Of a stretch of 64,000 nucleotides of DNA, positions 35,111-48,312 are shown in pieces (the first letter of the stretch is position 1; each line of letters starts with the position of its first letter). Origin of the DNA: Felis catus (taxonomy: Eukaryota); assembly GCF_018350175.1 (NCBI RefSeq), contig NC_058368.1, positions 233,990,001-234,054,000 on the forward strand, read 5' to 3'. The translations under genes and the position numbers were made by a program. The notes below the pieces were generated by a model. The model made no database searches. It saw nothing but the letters and a program-made list of their open reading frames with translations, and was not told the DNA's origin.

Positions 35111-37068
35111 TCACATAGTCTCCATTCACTGTCACTCACATTCTCCATTCATCACTCAACTACAGTAATACTTAGAATTTGAGAAAGTTCTATGTTACTT
35201 CTTCTATACACCCTGGTTATTTTACGAGAAGAGTTTTTGCAAGAAAAAAAGGAGCCTGTCACCCAGGTCCTGTGTCCCAAGCCCTCTGGGGTTCTGCAGC
35301 ATCTCAAAGTTGGCCAGTCTACGAGGTCACTGGGCTCTAGGATAACTCCAGAGTCTTGATTAAAATAGAGGTGCTGTATTTATGCTCTGGCCACCACAGG
35401 TGGCCTGCCATTTCTATATCCACCTGGATTGCACAGAAATCTTGGCAAAGATCCTTTAAGGATGTTAGCTAGAAGGAAGTTATATGCATCTTATAAATTA
35501 GTGCAGATCAACTTTCTTACCTATGGGAGACATTTTAGAAGTTCTGTGATGGCTATCTGATGTCACTGGCATTCCCAGTACTGATAAGTGTCCTACCAAG
35601 ACCAGCTCATCCTTGTTTTGTGTTACTTCATTTTCAGTGCTACCCAGCACAACACCAATATATTTACCGAGTTTCCCACATCTTGAGTTTTAGATAGGGC
35701 CCATGCCTTTTTTTTTTTTTTTTTTTTCTGATCAGTTCCAAAGCCCAGAACTTTTTATGATACAATTCGGGACTCATCCATGTTCTCAAGCTTGGGAAAA
35801 GCAGCCCCTTTGTCCTCCACTACAAGCCATCCCAATGACAATAGCTACTTGAAGAAGCTTCCAGAAGCACTTGGAGGAAGATTCCAGGGCCCGTCTGCAC
35901 CCTCAGTCACCCAAACCTGGAATATAAGCAACTAGGGAGATCAACAAACAAGCTCAGAAATCAAGGCCAGCTTTGAACCTTTCCTCCTTTACTGTTAGAA
36001 TTTTTTTTTCTGCCTTAAGGCAGCTGGGATTCAGCCATCAATCTGGAATAGCAAGATGTGGAAAGTTCCTGCCAGTGCTTAAGGGAGATTTGTCCTTCTC
36101 TTTAAAAGCTCATATTCCTCTATGGTTTAAAAATAGAATCAAACCTCATAAACCTAGCCTCGCTTCAGGATCCGGCAAGCCTACTAAATTGTCTATGCCA
36201 GTAGGCTGGTTCACACACTGCAAAGATGGTACGAGTTATGCTGACTTTTCTTTAAATGGCCTATTCTAGTTTTGCAAATCCCACTTTGATTACAGAATAT
36301 TCCAACTGGATACGAACATTGCTTTCAGGATTAAAATGCCCATAGATTTTCCTTGAAGCACTGTTAGTTAAACCTACACCATAATTCCTAAGGAAAGAGC
36401 CCAGGGGCACTCCAGGTGAAGTTCTGATAGCCCCATTGTTAGCATTAAAATTCAGCCAGAGACAGTTATTTGAATTGTCAGTCATAGAGAATATATGTAG
36501 CTGGAAGATTGTTCGATTGACCCCAGACATCTGCATGAACAGTGTGCACTTGGGTATATGCAAACATGAAACTGTTAGCCAGCCACTCTTTCAGGCAGAA
36601 AAATTGTTAGGCATAAATCAGTTTCTATTGGAGAGTAACAGAAGCTCAGTGATATTTTTCTGACAAAGCCAACAGTGGAATGTCCAAAGAAAAAAGGTCA
36701 GAAGTCTTAAGAAATGTGCACATTAATTTCTTTTTGAGGCACATTCATATTATGGTCTTGAGGAAGTGAACATACTGGGACATCCACATTTCTGTGTTTC
36801 TTCTGCCATGTTTCCAGAGGGGAATTTTATTCATTGGAGGAAGACCCTGGAGAATAGTCTGGCTCTCAAAAGAGTGCACCCTTCATCTCAAGTAGTTTAA
36901 GGGCAAATAAAACTATAGGCTCCCATTGTGGGCTGTAGGTTGGGACCCCTCTGTATTGTCCATAAAAGAGAGTAACACAAGAACACATCTTTAAACTATG
37001 CTATTTCAAAAATAACTGCTCAGCAACTTGACTTCTGAAGTTAATAAAATCAAAACACTGACCTGCCA

Positions 37069-37295
37069 GGGCGCCTGGGTGGCTCAGTTGGTTAAGCGGC
37101 TGACTTCAGCTCAGGTCATGATCTAGCGGTCCATGAGTTCAAGCCCCGCATCGGGCTCTGTGCTGACAGCTCAGAGCCTGGAGCCTGTTTCAGATTCTGT
37201 GTTTCCCTCTCTCTGACCCTCCCCCGTTCATGCTCTGTCTCTCTCTGTCTCAAAAATAAATAAACGTTAAAAACAACAACAAAAAAAAAACAAAA
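37069..37295 (+). mobile_element. SINEC_Fc-like
   Basis: TSD cactgacctgcc at 37056-37067 and 37297-37308. Confidence 0.95.
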
Positions 37296-37626
37296 CCACT
37301 GACCTGCCTACAGCTATTTGTTTCTTCATTAACTGAGAGAAGCAAGTTGATTCTGCTTGCTTCCATAGTTTAGCAACCAGGTTAACTTGGTTATTTCAGG
37401 GAATGGTTCTACAGGTCAACAATCCAAAAGTGAAGCTGTTAAAAACAACACTAAAGGGAGTGCTTAACGGTTGTGACTAGCGGTTCAATTGATATAAAGG
37501 ATCACAAGTTTCCCATGCATTGTGTGTGCCTATTTATATTTAATTACTTGGCCACTCATTTAAATATCAATAAATATCTATGATTATATACTTCACACAT
37601 AGTTTATATATTTTAAAACTACTTGA

Positions 37627-37845
37627 GGGGCACCTGAGTGGCTCAGTTGGTTAAACATTGGACTTCGGCTCAGGTCATGATCTCACAGTTCATGAGTACG
37701 AGCCCCGCATCGGGCTCTGTGCTGACAGCTCAGAGCCTGGAGCCTGCTTCAGATTCTGTGTCTCCCTCTCTCTCTGCCCCTCCCCCATTCATGCTCTGTC
37801 TGTCTCTCTCAAAAATAAATAAACATTAAAAAAATTGTTTTAAAT
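37627..37845 (+). mobile_element. SINEC (Fc2-like)
   Basis: TSD aaaactacttga/aaaattacttga. Confidence 0.95.
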
Positions 37846-38122
37846 AAAATTACTTGACAGTATTCTTTATCTTACAAGGTTGGCATAAATATAACTATGT
37901 GTTGGGTGTGTATGTATATCATTATGGTTCTCTACTGGAACAGAGAAATATGAGAGGTGAGCCAAGGTATTTTCACAATTAATTATAATATCCAGCCCAC
38001 GCCTCTCCATAAGGCCATCTCTGGTTGATCATGTAGCTCTTGTCTGTCATCATTCAAGTGTGGATTTTGAAGACCTATTAGTTCCTATGGTCCCTTGCTT
38101 TTCCCATATCTACCAGGCACTA

Positions 38123-38270
38123 CTCATTCATTCATTCATTCATTCATTCATTCATTCATTTTCACATCTCGTAAATCTTCACTGAGTACCCACAGGGCCC
38201 CTGCAGTACTCCAGATGTAAAATATTGACACCATAACAACACAACAGTTTCCGTCCTCATGACACTCAAA
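38123..38270 (-). mobile_element. L2 3' terminus with (TTCA)n microsatellite
   Basis: About nine cattt/catt-type (TTCA) units then ctgagtaccc...cctcatg. Confidence 0.6.
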
Positions 38271-38607
38271 CCTTTTATGTCTTTTTTCCATTCTCAGCCC
38301 TTTGTTTTTCTCAAAGTATCATCAGCGCCAATACAAACGGTAATACCACCTTTTATTTTCTCCTCTCTAGTGAACTTTGGCTTTGCAGATATCAGTAAAA
38401 GCCAATTCATACTTGGCATTATCCCTACTATTAACTACCAGTTTTATTGTTCAGTAGGTTTGTGTCTTAAAGCCAAAGCATGAAATTTTAGTTCAACTGT
38501 TCAGTCCTTCAAACTTCCTCACACAAATCACCATTAGAGTATGGTGCTTGTTCACAGGTAAATATAATTACTGAAAATACTGATTTTTCCCCCTATTATG
38601 GTATCAC

Positions 38608-38788
38608 TTATTTTATTTTTTTGACAGACAGGGAGAGAGCGTGTACAGACAGAGGGAGAGAGGATCTGAAGCAGGCTGCATGCTAAGCACGGAGCTCGAC
38701 TCAGGGCTCGATCCCACGACCCTGAGATCATGACCTGAGCTGAAATCAAGAATCGGACACTTAACTGACTGAGCCACCCAAGCACCCC
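38608..38788 (-). mobile_element. Older SINEC
   Basis: gggctcgatcccacgaccctgagatcatgacctgagctgaaatcaaga. Confidence 0.9.
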
Positions 38789-41700
38789 TGTAGCCTTTAT
38801 TTTTTTCTTACAGATTTGGGAAGAATAATCAATACAAGGTGACAGTTGTGTCACATTTCCAATGCGGCATGTTTCCTGCAAAAATGCTCCTTTTTCACAA
38901 AGACTGAGTTTTGGTGCGGACTCTGTAACGTCCCCTTGAAGACAGAACAGCCAGGGCAGTGGGCAAGAGAATAGGGAGAAACTGGCATTCAAGTCTCCGA
39001 ATTTTTGTTGTTATTTTTCATTTAAATTTATTTAACTGAAATGTTTGGCTCTCCTTCAAAGCATGTATTTCTCCTGTTGGCTTTTATTAGCAGTAAAATA
39101 GATCCCAGAGGCCAAAGTGTCGGAGATTTACAATGCCTTCTGGGAGCCTTGTTTGTTTTTCCGCATCCTGTTCTGACATTGTCGAGTATTAGTCTTGGCA
39201 GGATGGCGGGGGCTTGTCAGTAGCAGCTCAACAGCTTGATGGCTGTCCCATCATACATTGTCCAGGGATGGCAGAATGGTAGAAGGTGCCCTTATCACCA
39301 AAAAAGAGAAAATCGATCAAGTTGACTCCTACAATTGCAGCAGACATAAGCGGTGCACCACATGCTGGCCGATCGGTGCACGGTGACAATGGGAAGGCAG
39401 TTCGGGAAAGCTCTGCAGGCTTTGCGTCACCCACTGCATCCGGTGCAAGAGCGATGTCCTTGGGACTTTTCCTTAGGCAACTTATAACACAAAGTTGTTG
39501 TGTTGGATTTTTTTTTTTTTCCTGCAATAACTCTACCAGCCTTCACATCTTGTCTTTGCTCATTAGGGAGCAACTCTCAAAATCTAATCAGGACATGAAA
39601 GCTACAGAGAGGAGCCAGTGCTCAGTGCCCTTCAAAGTTAAATACTCTTTAGCATTTCAACCAAAATGTGTTTCTCTGCTTCTCCATATCAGCTCAAACA
39701 GAATATTTTTGGCGATAGGTAGCATTATTTGCTAGGAATAAGTACAAGTATTTAAAAGATGTTTTTTTAAAAAAAACCACAATGCAGTGAAATGAGAACT
39801 CATGTGTGATGGAAATGTAAATTGACATAATGATTTTGGAAGATAATTTGGTCTTCTAAGGCAAAGCCTTTAAACACACTCCATACCCTTTGATCCAGAA
39901 ATTTTATTTTCAAGAAGGCATTATAGCAGCAATTTTCTTTTTCCTTTCCATACTGTGAGTTTTAAGCATCTCAGGATTTTTCCTCCTCTTTCTTGGGGAT
40001 AAAAATGATGGAAAACTAGTGCACGTCCTTGAAAACCAAAGGCTCCATGACTGCTACTGAAAGAAATCTCGGGAACATAAGAGAGTAAAAATGTTGTCCT
40101 TTCTCTACAGCTAGAGAAGAGCTAACACTGCTCTGTGAGCGTGCTAGCACATATTCTGGTTTTTATAAAGTAGGAAGAATTGGGACTAACTAGAGAACTT
40201 TCCATGGCCACTCTCTTGTCCAATGTGAAGCCTAAAATGTATAACTCTCTTCTGTTTCTGTTGTGAAAATTGCCCTTGAAATCGTTTTGTGAAATAGAAC
40301 CATGAAAACTTCAAAACTTGTTGCTGCATCTTGCAAGACACAAGCTTTAACGTTGAGGTCTGCAGCTCTGTCTTACTTAAACATGTGTCCTGATAATAAA
40401 ACGTCAGTTGGCACATCCATTTTCTGAAAGGACAGAATAGTTTGGGGTTTTCTCTGCTAACCCACAGAAGAGGCTCCTTGGCAGACCTTCCTTCCCACAG
40501 GGCTGGAAGTAAGATTAACCCAAAACTCTGCTGGATTTTTAAATTATGTTGAAAGTTTCAGAGGCTTTCAAAAAATTTTTATTAACTTTATCTTAGGAGA
40601 ATAATTAGAAAAGTTGATGAAAAGAGTTGAGCCCACGAATGCTCGTTGGGTGTTATTGGTAATAGCTGAGAGAATCAGCCACATTCTTAAAAAAAAAATT
40701 TTTTTTTTAATGAGAATCAGTTATGTTCTTGATGGTCACAGGAGGACAGTTTGTCCATTTGAGCACATCACTAGCATCACACAGATCGGGCGCATTTCCC
40801 AGACCACTGGAAATGTGTTATGTGTGAAAGAAAAAAAATAAAACAGGACACTGAACTTTATGTTTAGAGTGGAGAGATTAAAAAAAAAAAACTACGTATG
40901 CACTATGGTTGGCACTGAGTAGCAGAATAATGGGTCATTGGGGTCATTTTTTTCCTTATATTCCTCTGAATTTTCTACTACTACAGTGAACATGAATTTT
41001 TTTTTTTTTTGTAATTAGTGAAAAATCACTGAAGTGTCACAAGAAAACCCAACAAAATATGTAATAAGCATCCCAATACTTCCGGGTTGTGTGCAAAACT
41101 CTACTTGATTTTAGCTCATTTTTATACCCTCCCCCCAAAATGTCAAAGTCTAGATGGAAAGGAGGTTTAGTTGTAGTTGTATCAACACTATGATTTCTGT
41201 CTTTCTCTATGATGCTCTGCCTTCCCCTGAAGTGAATCTTTGGTGAAAAGCTCGATCTTTCTTTGTCAATTGTTTTCTCGTCAATACAGAAGAGATCTGC
41301 CCCGCTTAAAACTGTTATTTTTCAAAATGTCATTTGCTTCTTTTATTGTCTAAATAATCAGAAAAATGAATGTACCTACTGAAGACAGCAAAACTATATA
41401 GACATTACGGACCAAATTGTGAACCCAGAGAATTCCAAAGTCGGTGCTAATGGCCTAACTTTTTAGAGGATTGAGCAAATTACAGAATCCATGCTTAATT
41501 TATGGAGCAATTCATTAGCACTACCCAGAACACTCTATTTAGCGGGCCATCCCCCAAAATTGCTTCTTTAGGGGAAGACGAAGCTGTCCATATGTGGGGC
41601 CATAATATAGAACCAGAGAGCTATTCACTCATTTCTATGAACCTGATAGTCTTGTGTTTATTTTTCATTCTGGTGCAGTTGGCATTAGGTTCATTTCCCA

Positions 41701-41898
41701 AATCAATAACCTCACGGGCCCTTCTCAATGTTCTCCCCGCCGACCTTCGTCACGGGTGATGTCTTGATTCTCTCTGAAAGGGAGGGTTCATGACAGTTGA
41801 CAGCATTTTTATTCACATGCTTTTCTTGTTGGATTTCTCGGGTGAATGTTTCATAACCACCTCCTGGGTGCAGGTTAAGTCAGTCAGTGGTGCCTGTT

Positions 41899-42137
41899 GT
41901 TTTTTTTTTTTTTTTTTTTTTAATTTTTTTTTTTCAGCCTTTATTTATTTTTGGGACAGAGAGAGACAGAGCATGAACGGGGGAGGGGCAGAGAGAGAGG
42001 GAGACACAGAATCGGAAACAGGCTCCAGGCTCTGAGCCATCAGCCCAGAGCCCAACGCGGGGCTCGAACTCACGGACTGCGAGATCGTGACCTGGCTGAA
42101 GTCGGACGCTTAACCGACTGCGCCACCCAGGCGCCCC
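41899..42137 (-). mobile_element. Young SINEC_Fc
   Basis: Near-consensus with long T tail; perfect TSD cagtggtgcctgtt at 41885-41898 and 42138-42151. Confidence 0.97.
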
Positions 42138-43261
42138 CAGTGGTGCCTGTTTTGATGTGACCCACTGTGAAAGCTACACCCTCTGACGCCCCTTCCCTAG
42201 ACTTGTCCTTGAAACGGGAGGCTGATGGTGGAGGGTCCCAGAGGCAGCCAGAATCGAGCAGGAAAAGTGACGGGAAAGGCACACGTGGGAGACAAGTCAC
42301 GAAGCACTGAGGAACGCAGTGCAGAGCGGGGCTCACATGTGTCCCTAGACTTAGCATCGGGGGACTTTGGAGTTCAGCAAGGAAGCCTTTGCCTGAAATA
42401 TCAAACCACATTTGCCAAACCAAGACTGCCTTTATAAGTAAAACTCACATTGTCTCCGGCAAATGGTTATAAAACGCACAAGACAAAACACAGCTTTTCA
42501 GCAATTTAGCTCCTTGCGTGTGGTGAAAGGACCATCAAAGCAGAAATGTTGTACCAATAGTTTCATGGATGTACAAATGTTACACATAAACAAGGCTGGC
42601 CGTGTTAGAAGACCAGTTCTTTAAGGGGGGAAAAAAAGGTTTGTGGGGAAACCAGTCTTGGCTAAGGGCTGTAGAAGAATCTGTTATTTTAACTCAGAAA
42701 GAAAGAAACCATAAAATGCTAGGGGCTTTTGTCTATAGTTTTAAAAATTTATGGATCCATTTCCTTTTACATCCAATGTGCTAAAAATTAATGGGGAAAA
42801 TAATAGCACGACTAACAAACTTGTTCCTGGTATAGTCACATCAGTCTAGACATTGTGGCATCTGTCGCTGAATCAGTCACCCCCTGCCTAAGTCTGTGAG
42901 GATGTGGCCGTGCCCGTGTGGGCCCCCAGGAACGGGCGTGGACCCAGAAGGAGGACTTCTGTGCGTGAAGGAAGAAGCAGGTGTAGGTTTTGAGCAAATC
43001 GCAAAGGAAAAACTAAGCAGAGCGGGAGAAGCAAGAGAAGATGCCATCGTGTAAAAGCCTGAATGTCAGCGATGGCGTCTGTAACCAATTCTCTGTGAGT
43101 TACGTTACAGGTGTCAGCCAGAGAAGGGAGGGGAACACACAGAACAGGATCATCAGGAGACCCAGAACTGGGTCATCGCAGAAAGGGGTCTGAGCAGACG
43201 GCAGAGATCTCGCTGCATGTGAAGGGCTCCCCGGTGCTCGAAAGAGATGAAGCTAAAGGTC

Positions 43262-43713
43262 ATCGAGGGGGTTGGAAAATGTCCCCCGAATGATACAAAA
43301 TTCCTGATCTCTGGCCCCCGTGAATGTTACCTTACATGGCAATAAAGGCCTTCGCAGATGTGATTCAGGGTCTGAGGGTGGAGAGATTATCTGGGACTAT
43401 GCACGTAGCTCCTAAAAGCGATCTCATGCCTCCCTATAAGAGGGAATAGAGGGCAATTCACATACATGTAGAAGAGGAAGAGGCAATGTGGCCACAAGCC
43501 AGGGAGCCCTGGCAGCCATGGGCCACCAGAAGAAGGGAGAAACAGCTTCTCCCTAGAGCCTCTGCAGGGGGCACAATCCTGCTGACTCATCGGTTCTGAC
43601 CCGGTGACACCAATTTCAGACTTCTTCTCCAGAACCGTGAGAGAACACATTTCTGTCATTTTAAGACACCGAGGGTGTGACAGTTTGTGACAGCAGTCAC
43701 AGGAACCTAAGAC
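43262..43713 (+). mobile_element. MLT1 (MaLR) LTR, MLT1B/C-like
   Basis: gtgaatgttaccttacatggc...ttctccctagagcctc...cagaaccgtgagagaac...tttgtgacagcagtcacagga. Confidence 0.85.
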
Positions 43714-43830
43714 TGTCACCTCTGCAGCTACATTTCTGAAAACTTGGACTTGGCCATAATGGAGCACCTAAGTAGGAGTCCAATACTCTTCCAATCTTTC
43801 TGTTATTATAAACACACAAGGTTTTTTAAA

Positions 43831-44030
43831 AGTTTTATTTTTATTTATTTTGAGACAGAGAGAGCCAGAGAGTGGAGGAGGGGCAGAGAGCAGTGGAGAG
43901 AGAGAATCCAAAGCAGGCTCTGTGCTGTCAGTGCAGAGCCCAATGGCCTCGGTCCCACGAGCCACGACATCATGACCTGAGCCGAAACCAAGAGTCGGAC
44001 GCTTGACCGACTGAGCCCCCCAGGCGCCCC
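43831..44030 (-). mobile_element. SINEC
   Basis: catgacctgagccgaaaccaagagtcggacgcttgaccgactgagcc...caggcgcccc. Confidence 0.92.
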
Positions 44031-44384
44031 GAAAATGTCCAAGTTTTTAAAATTCCTTTTGTAAGATTACAGCGGAATATCCGGCCTAGGTGAACAACAG
44101 AAAGTCACCACCAGTAACTCGGGCCTTGAGCTCAGAGGTCTTGAGAAGAACATGGTTCCCTGCCATCGAGGAGAATAAAGTCACAAGTGTGCTGTGATTC
44201 ATTTGGTCACATGCAGAGGGAAGCCATTGAGGGATGCAGGGGTGGGGTGAGATGATTCTGGCGTTGAGAATGGGAAGGATAGCGAGGGGAAAGATAGGCG
44301 GGCTTCGTCCACCCTTTACTGCAGAAAAGCTCTAACAAAATGCAGATACAGGCAAATGGCAACGTTGTATCAGGCTCCCCGTAG

Positions 44385-44545
44385 ACTATTTATCACAGGA
44401 CAAGACACACAGTATCACTATAATGCCCACTTTGCATATGGAGAAACTGAGTCGGGAGGAAGTGAAGTAATGAAGCTGAGATCAGTACCGGAGTACACAT
44501 ACCAGCCAAGGTTTGTCCGATTCCAAATCCAGTGATGCCTTTTGG
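44385..44545 (-). mobile_element. MIR fragment
   Basis: cccactttgcatatggagaaactgag...gaagtgaagtaa. Confidence 0.55.
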
Positions 44546-45158
44546 TTTGATCACTCGGCCTTCCCTCCTCCATCCACCTCCCCGGGGGCAGTCATACGAC
44601 ACCGGTGGGGAGGGGCCGGCTTGGCGTTACACGTGTTAGAGCAACAGAACAGGCCTGTCACAATGAAATATTCAATACTGCAACGCATGTGCTTCATAAT
44701 TGGCTCAAAATAAAGCAGAGAGCCAGTGACTAATAGGACGCCGTGCGACTACACCCGCCTCCCCGGCTGCGGGAGTTTGCTCGGAGAAGTGGCCTTGGAG
44801 ACCCTGCCTCACCTTGTTCCGGCACCTTCTCTCCAGCCGGATTTTTCTCAGCCGCTCATCCACGGTGGTGCTAATTGTGCTAACACACCTCCGTTGTTTT
44901 GAATTTGTATTTTTAAACGCTTTACTTCTTTTAACTCTGATTTAAAAACCCTTACATGGAAACCCCACTTTAGAACTCTTCAGAGGGAGGTTCCCCAACT
45001 TGCCACACTGGGTTCTTGCCCTTCTTCCCCTCACACACACGAGGCCCCCATGTCCCAGGCTTTTGCTTGCCACCTGGAAATGTCCTGACACGGCTATCCC
45101 TTTTGGACCTTTTTGGCCATTCTAAAGTTCTTTCACTAAATAGAACTAGCCTTTCTCC

Positions 45159-45374
45159 TTTTTTTTTTTTTTAATGTTTATTTATTTTTGAAGGAGATGG
45201 AGACAGAGCATGAGCAGGGGAAGAGCAGAGAGAGAGGGAGACAGAGAATCGGAAGCAGGCTCCAGGCTCTGAGCTGTCAGCACAGAGCCCGACGCGGGGC
45301 TCGAACCCACGGACTGTGAGATCGTGACCTGAGCCAAAATTGGACACTTAACTGACTGAGCCACCCAGGCGCCC
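45159..45374 (-). mobile_element. SINEC (Fc2-like)
   Basis: T tail; agaatcggaagcaggctccaggctctgagctgtcagcac. Confidence 0.93.
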
Positions 45375-45749
45375 TGAACATGCCCTTCTTCCTTATCTTC
45401 CTTCTATAAAGAGTTATCTTGGCAAGCACTGGGCTTCCTCAACACCAGCCCATTACCTGGGAGTCCTGGGGAGACCACCGTCTCTTCACTGCTTGGCCAA
45501 ACGTCTCTCAAATGCCATTATGTTCTGTCCCATCCTGATGACCCCACCACACTTCAGGATAAATTCATCCTCCGTATGGTTGCTATGTCATCTTGGCCGG
45601 TCCCTTGACACTCTGTCTAGTCCCACCCTCATTTTCCATTTCAGTTCATCTTCCATAATTTTGGCAAAGCAAGATCTATCTACACCTATCAAAATCTATC
45701 TGCATATAAATGTTGCTGTCAAGATCTTTCTGGATCTTTCCTCACCCTT

Positions 45750-46140
45750 GACAGGTACTCTGCTTCAGCTTCTATAGTTCCTTGAATGAAGCAGGCCCTC
45801 TCCTGCTCTCCTGTCTTGGTCCCAGCCATTCCCTTCACCTGAAATATTCCTCCCCTGCTACTGCGGCCCATGACTCCCCATTTCCTCCAGTTCTCCACCA
45901 AAGCAGTTTCTTGGGGAAGCCCTTTCTGACCTCGTGCTGCGGACTGGAGCTGCCCCTTCTCTCGAGTCTCAGTGGACTGACCCTGACCTTCACTGAAACC
46001 TCCATCACCCTGCACTGAGACTGGTTTTATTTCTCTTTCCACCACTAAGACCTTCTTTGGGGGCTTATCCGTCCCTCATGGTTGCCATTCCTGCTGGTAA
46101 AGGTATCCCCCCCAAAGTCTGTGGAATAGACAAATAAATG
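45750..46140 (+). mobile_element. L2 fragment
   Basis: gttccttgaa...ttcccttcacctgaaatattcctcccc...ggaagccctttctgacc. Confidence 0.55.
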
Positions 46141-48312
46141 CATGGTTCAAGTCAGTATAGCTTCACAGGTAAACCTCGCCAGATGATGTCCCACTTGCAT
46201 TTAAGAAAGAGGAGGGAATAAACCAAGCTAAAAACGGTAACCTGGCAAAGAGCATAACGTGGGAGAGGCAGGGCGGCAAGAACAGGGAAGCATGTTGACC
46301 AAAAAGAAAGCAAGTAGATTCATTAAGAAGGGATTCTTAAGAAGCAAAGTTAACTTCGTTCTGAAGGTAGTTTCTCTCTCTAGTCAATGACCAAAACGGC
46401 CTCCTCAGTCGCTCCGTGTTGAATTAAGTAGGCTGGTACCCTAAAATCGGCAGGCGGTCCGGGAAAGAAGCAATTAGGACTCCTGAGCAGCACAGATGAC
46501 AGACACATCCTTGGCTGCGCTGCTCTCACATGAAAGTCTTTCTGCTTTTCCTCTAATTAAAAAGGACCCAGTTTCCCTCTTTAGTATGCCGGATATACAG
46601 CACCCTTGTAACTGAGAGGGATAAAAATGTACTTGGTGTTCACTGCACCGCAGAGCTGATGTGGAGATACTGACTGCACTTCCTAACGAGGGTGCCCGGA
46701 GCACTCTGGAGGGAGGACGGTTGACAGTGGCTCAGGAGGCGTGGTTCTGCCTTCAAACTTCTCTCTACTGCCCTTGCGAGACCCAAAGCCGTCTCCATAT
46801 TTAATGAGAAAAGGTTCCAAGGGGGCAGAACGTTGGGTTTATTAGTTTCAGCCCTGGCTCCTTATCTTTAATGAAGCTCTGGTCTGCGGTATCTCATTCG
46901 TACCACTGATAGGCAGCTGAGACTTTTCCAAACACTGCTCTCCTTCCCTTCTAGGAATCAGCAGCTCACCCTCATGACAGTTCAAGAAGTGAGACCCTGG
47001 GACAAGCACCGGGTAGAGGTTTCCACCCCAAGTCTTGCCTGAACACACAGTCGGCCTCTTCTGCCCCCCATGGTAGGTCCTGGGTGAACTTACGTCATCT
47101 GTTGGACAGACAGCCGAGACCGCCCTTCCTTCTCAGTCAGGATTAGAAGGAAGAAGGCCACTGGGCAGAAAGCCAGACCTGACAACCTGTCTATGACCTC
47201 ACCCCAGTGAACATCTTCACGGTTTAAGATCAATATTCTTTTCTTGTTTTGTTTTTTTTTTTTTAATTTCCAGTTGGTTCTTTTTGCCTGGGGGTGTAAT
47301 GGTTGCCTCATCATTCTGATATTGCTACACAACCTCTAACACAATTTGTGAAATGTCTCCTTTGTTGAGGAGCAGAATCCTTTATTTAAAAGATTGATAT
47401 TGGCAGGTCAATAAACAGTGAACCCAATTTCTGAAATGGCCTGCAAGGAAAACGTTTGCATTTCTGTCAATTTTTTTTTCAATAGAATATGAACCATAAT
47501 TAGAGCAACATGGGATACCTCTCCTGCAGCAACTGACTCACAGAATGTGTAAGCAATGACATAAATCCACATGTTGAAGCCTTTGCCTGCTTACTAGAAA
47601 GGAGAGAAATCAACTCTATTGAGAACCCTATGTGCATTCTTTGGAACAATTTTGACCAACAGATTGCTAAGTTATTACAGCTTGTGTTTCTTGTGTTAAG
47701 TGGTGGTGTTTCTTTGGGGTGCTTTCAATAAGTTTTTCCACATAAAGGACTCATCACTATGCCTGCCACATGGTAAGTGCTGGACCTGAGAATTGTTGGA
47801 TATGGGAAGAATACAGAGAGATTTATGGGCAAACTGACATACCCCAAAACACAGGGGTCCAGTAAGACCAGGTAAAAAAAAAAAAAAAAAAACAAGTTCA
47901 AAGAAAGATTTTCCCAAATACTTCAGAAGCCCGAAAGGTAGAATAAATCCAGTCTCCACCCAATCCCACACCCTCTTGGGATCACATGACAAGCGCAGTG
48001 GCAAGAGTTCCTGACTTCCCCCTTGCGTGAGGAAGGTTCCTGTCACCATCTGCAGAACTGAATGTATCAGAAGAGTTGGCTCCAATCTGGGCAACTGTGG
48101 CAAGGATTATTGGCATTCTAACAACTTCATAACAACAGAGAACAGAAAGAGCTAGTGAGAAAGTCATTTTATAAAGCCCTTTCCAGGCATAGCTGTCCTA
48201 CCGTGAGGACCCTAGCAGGAGAGGAGACAGCTAGAAATTTGAAAATGTTTCCAGCTGAATTTTAGGGTCTTCTCACATGTTAATGTTAGTGTTTCTTTAT
48301 GAAAGGAATGTT

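Noticed and set aside
39228..39735. Overlapping 99-aa and 149-aa ORFs
   Set aside because: Non-ATG starts, run through a T homopolymer, no recognisable homology
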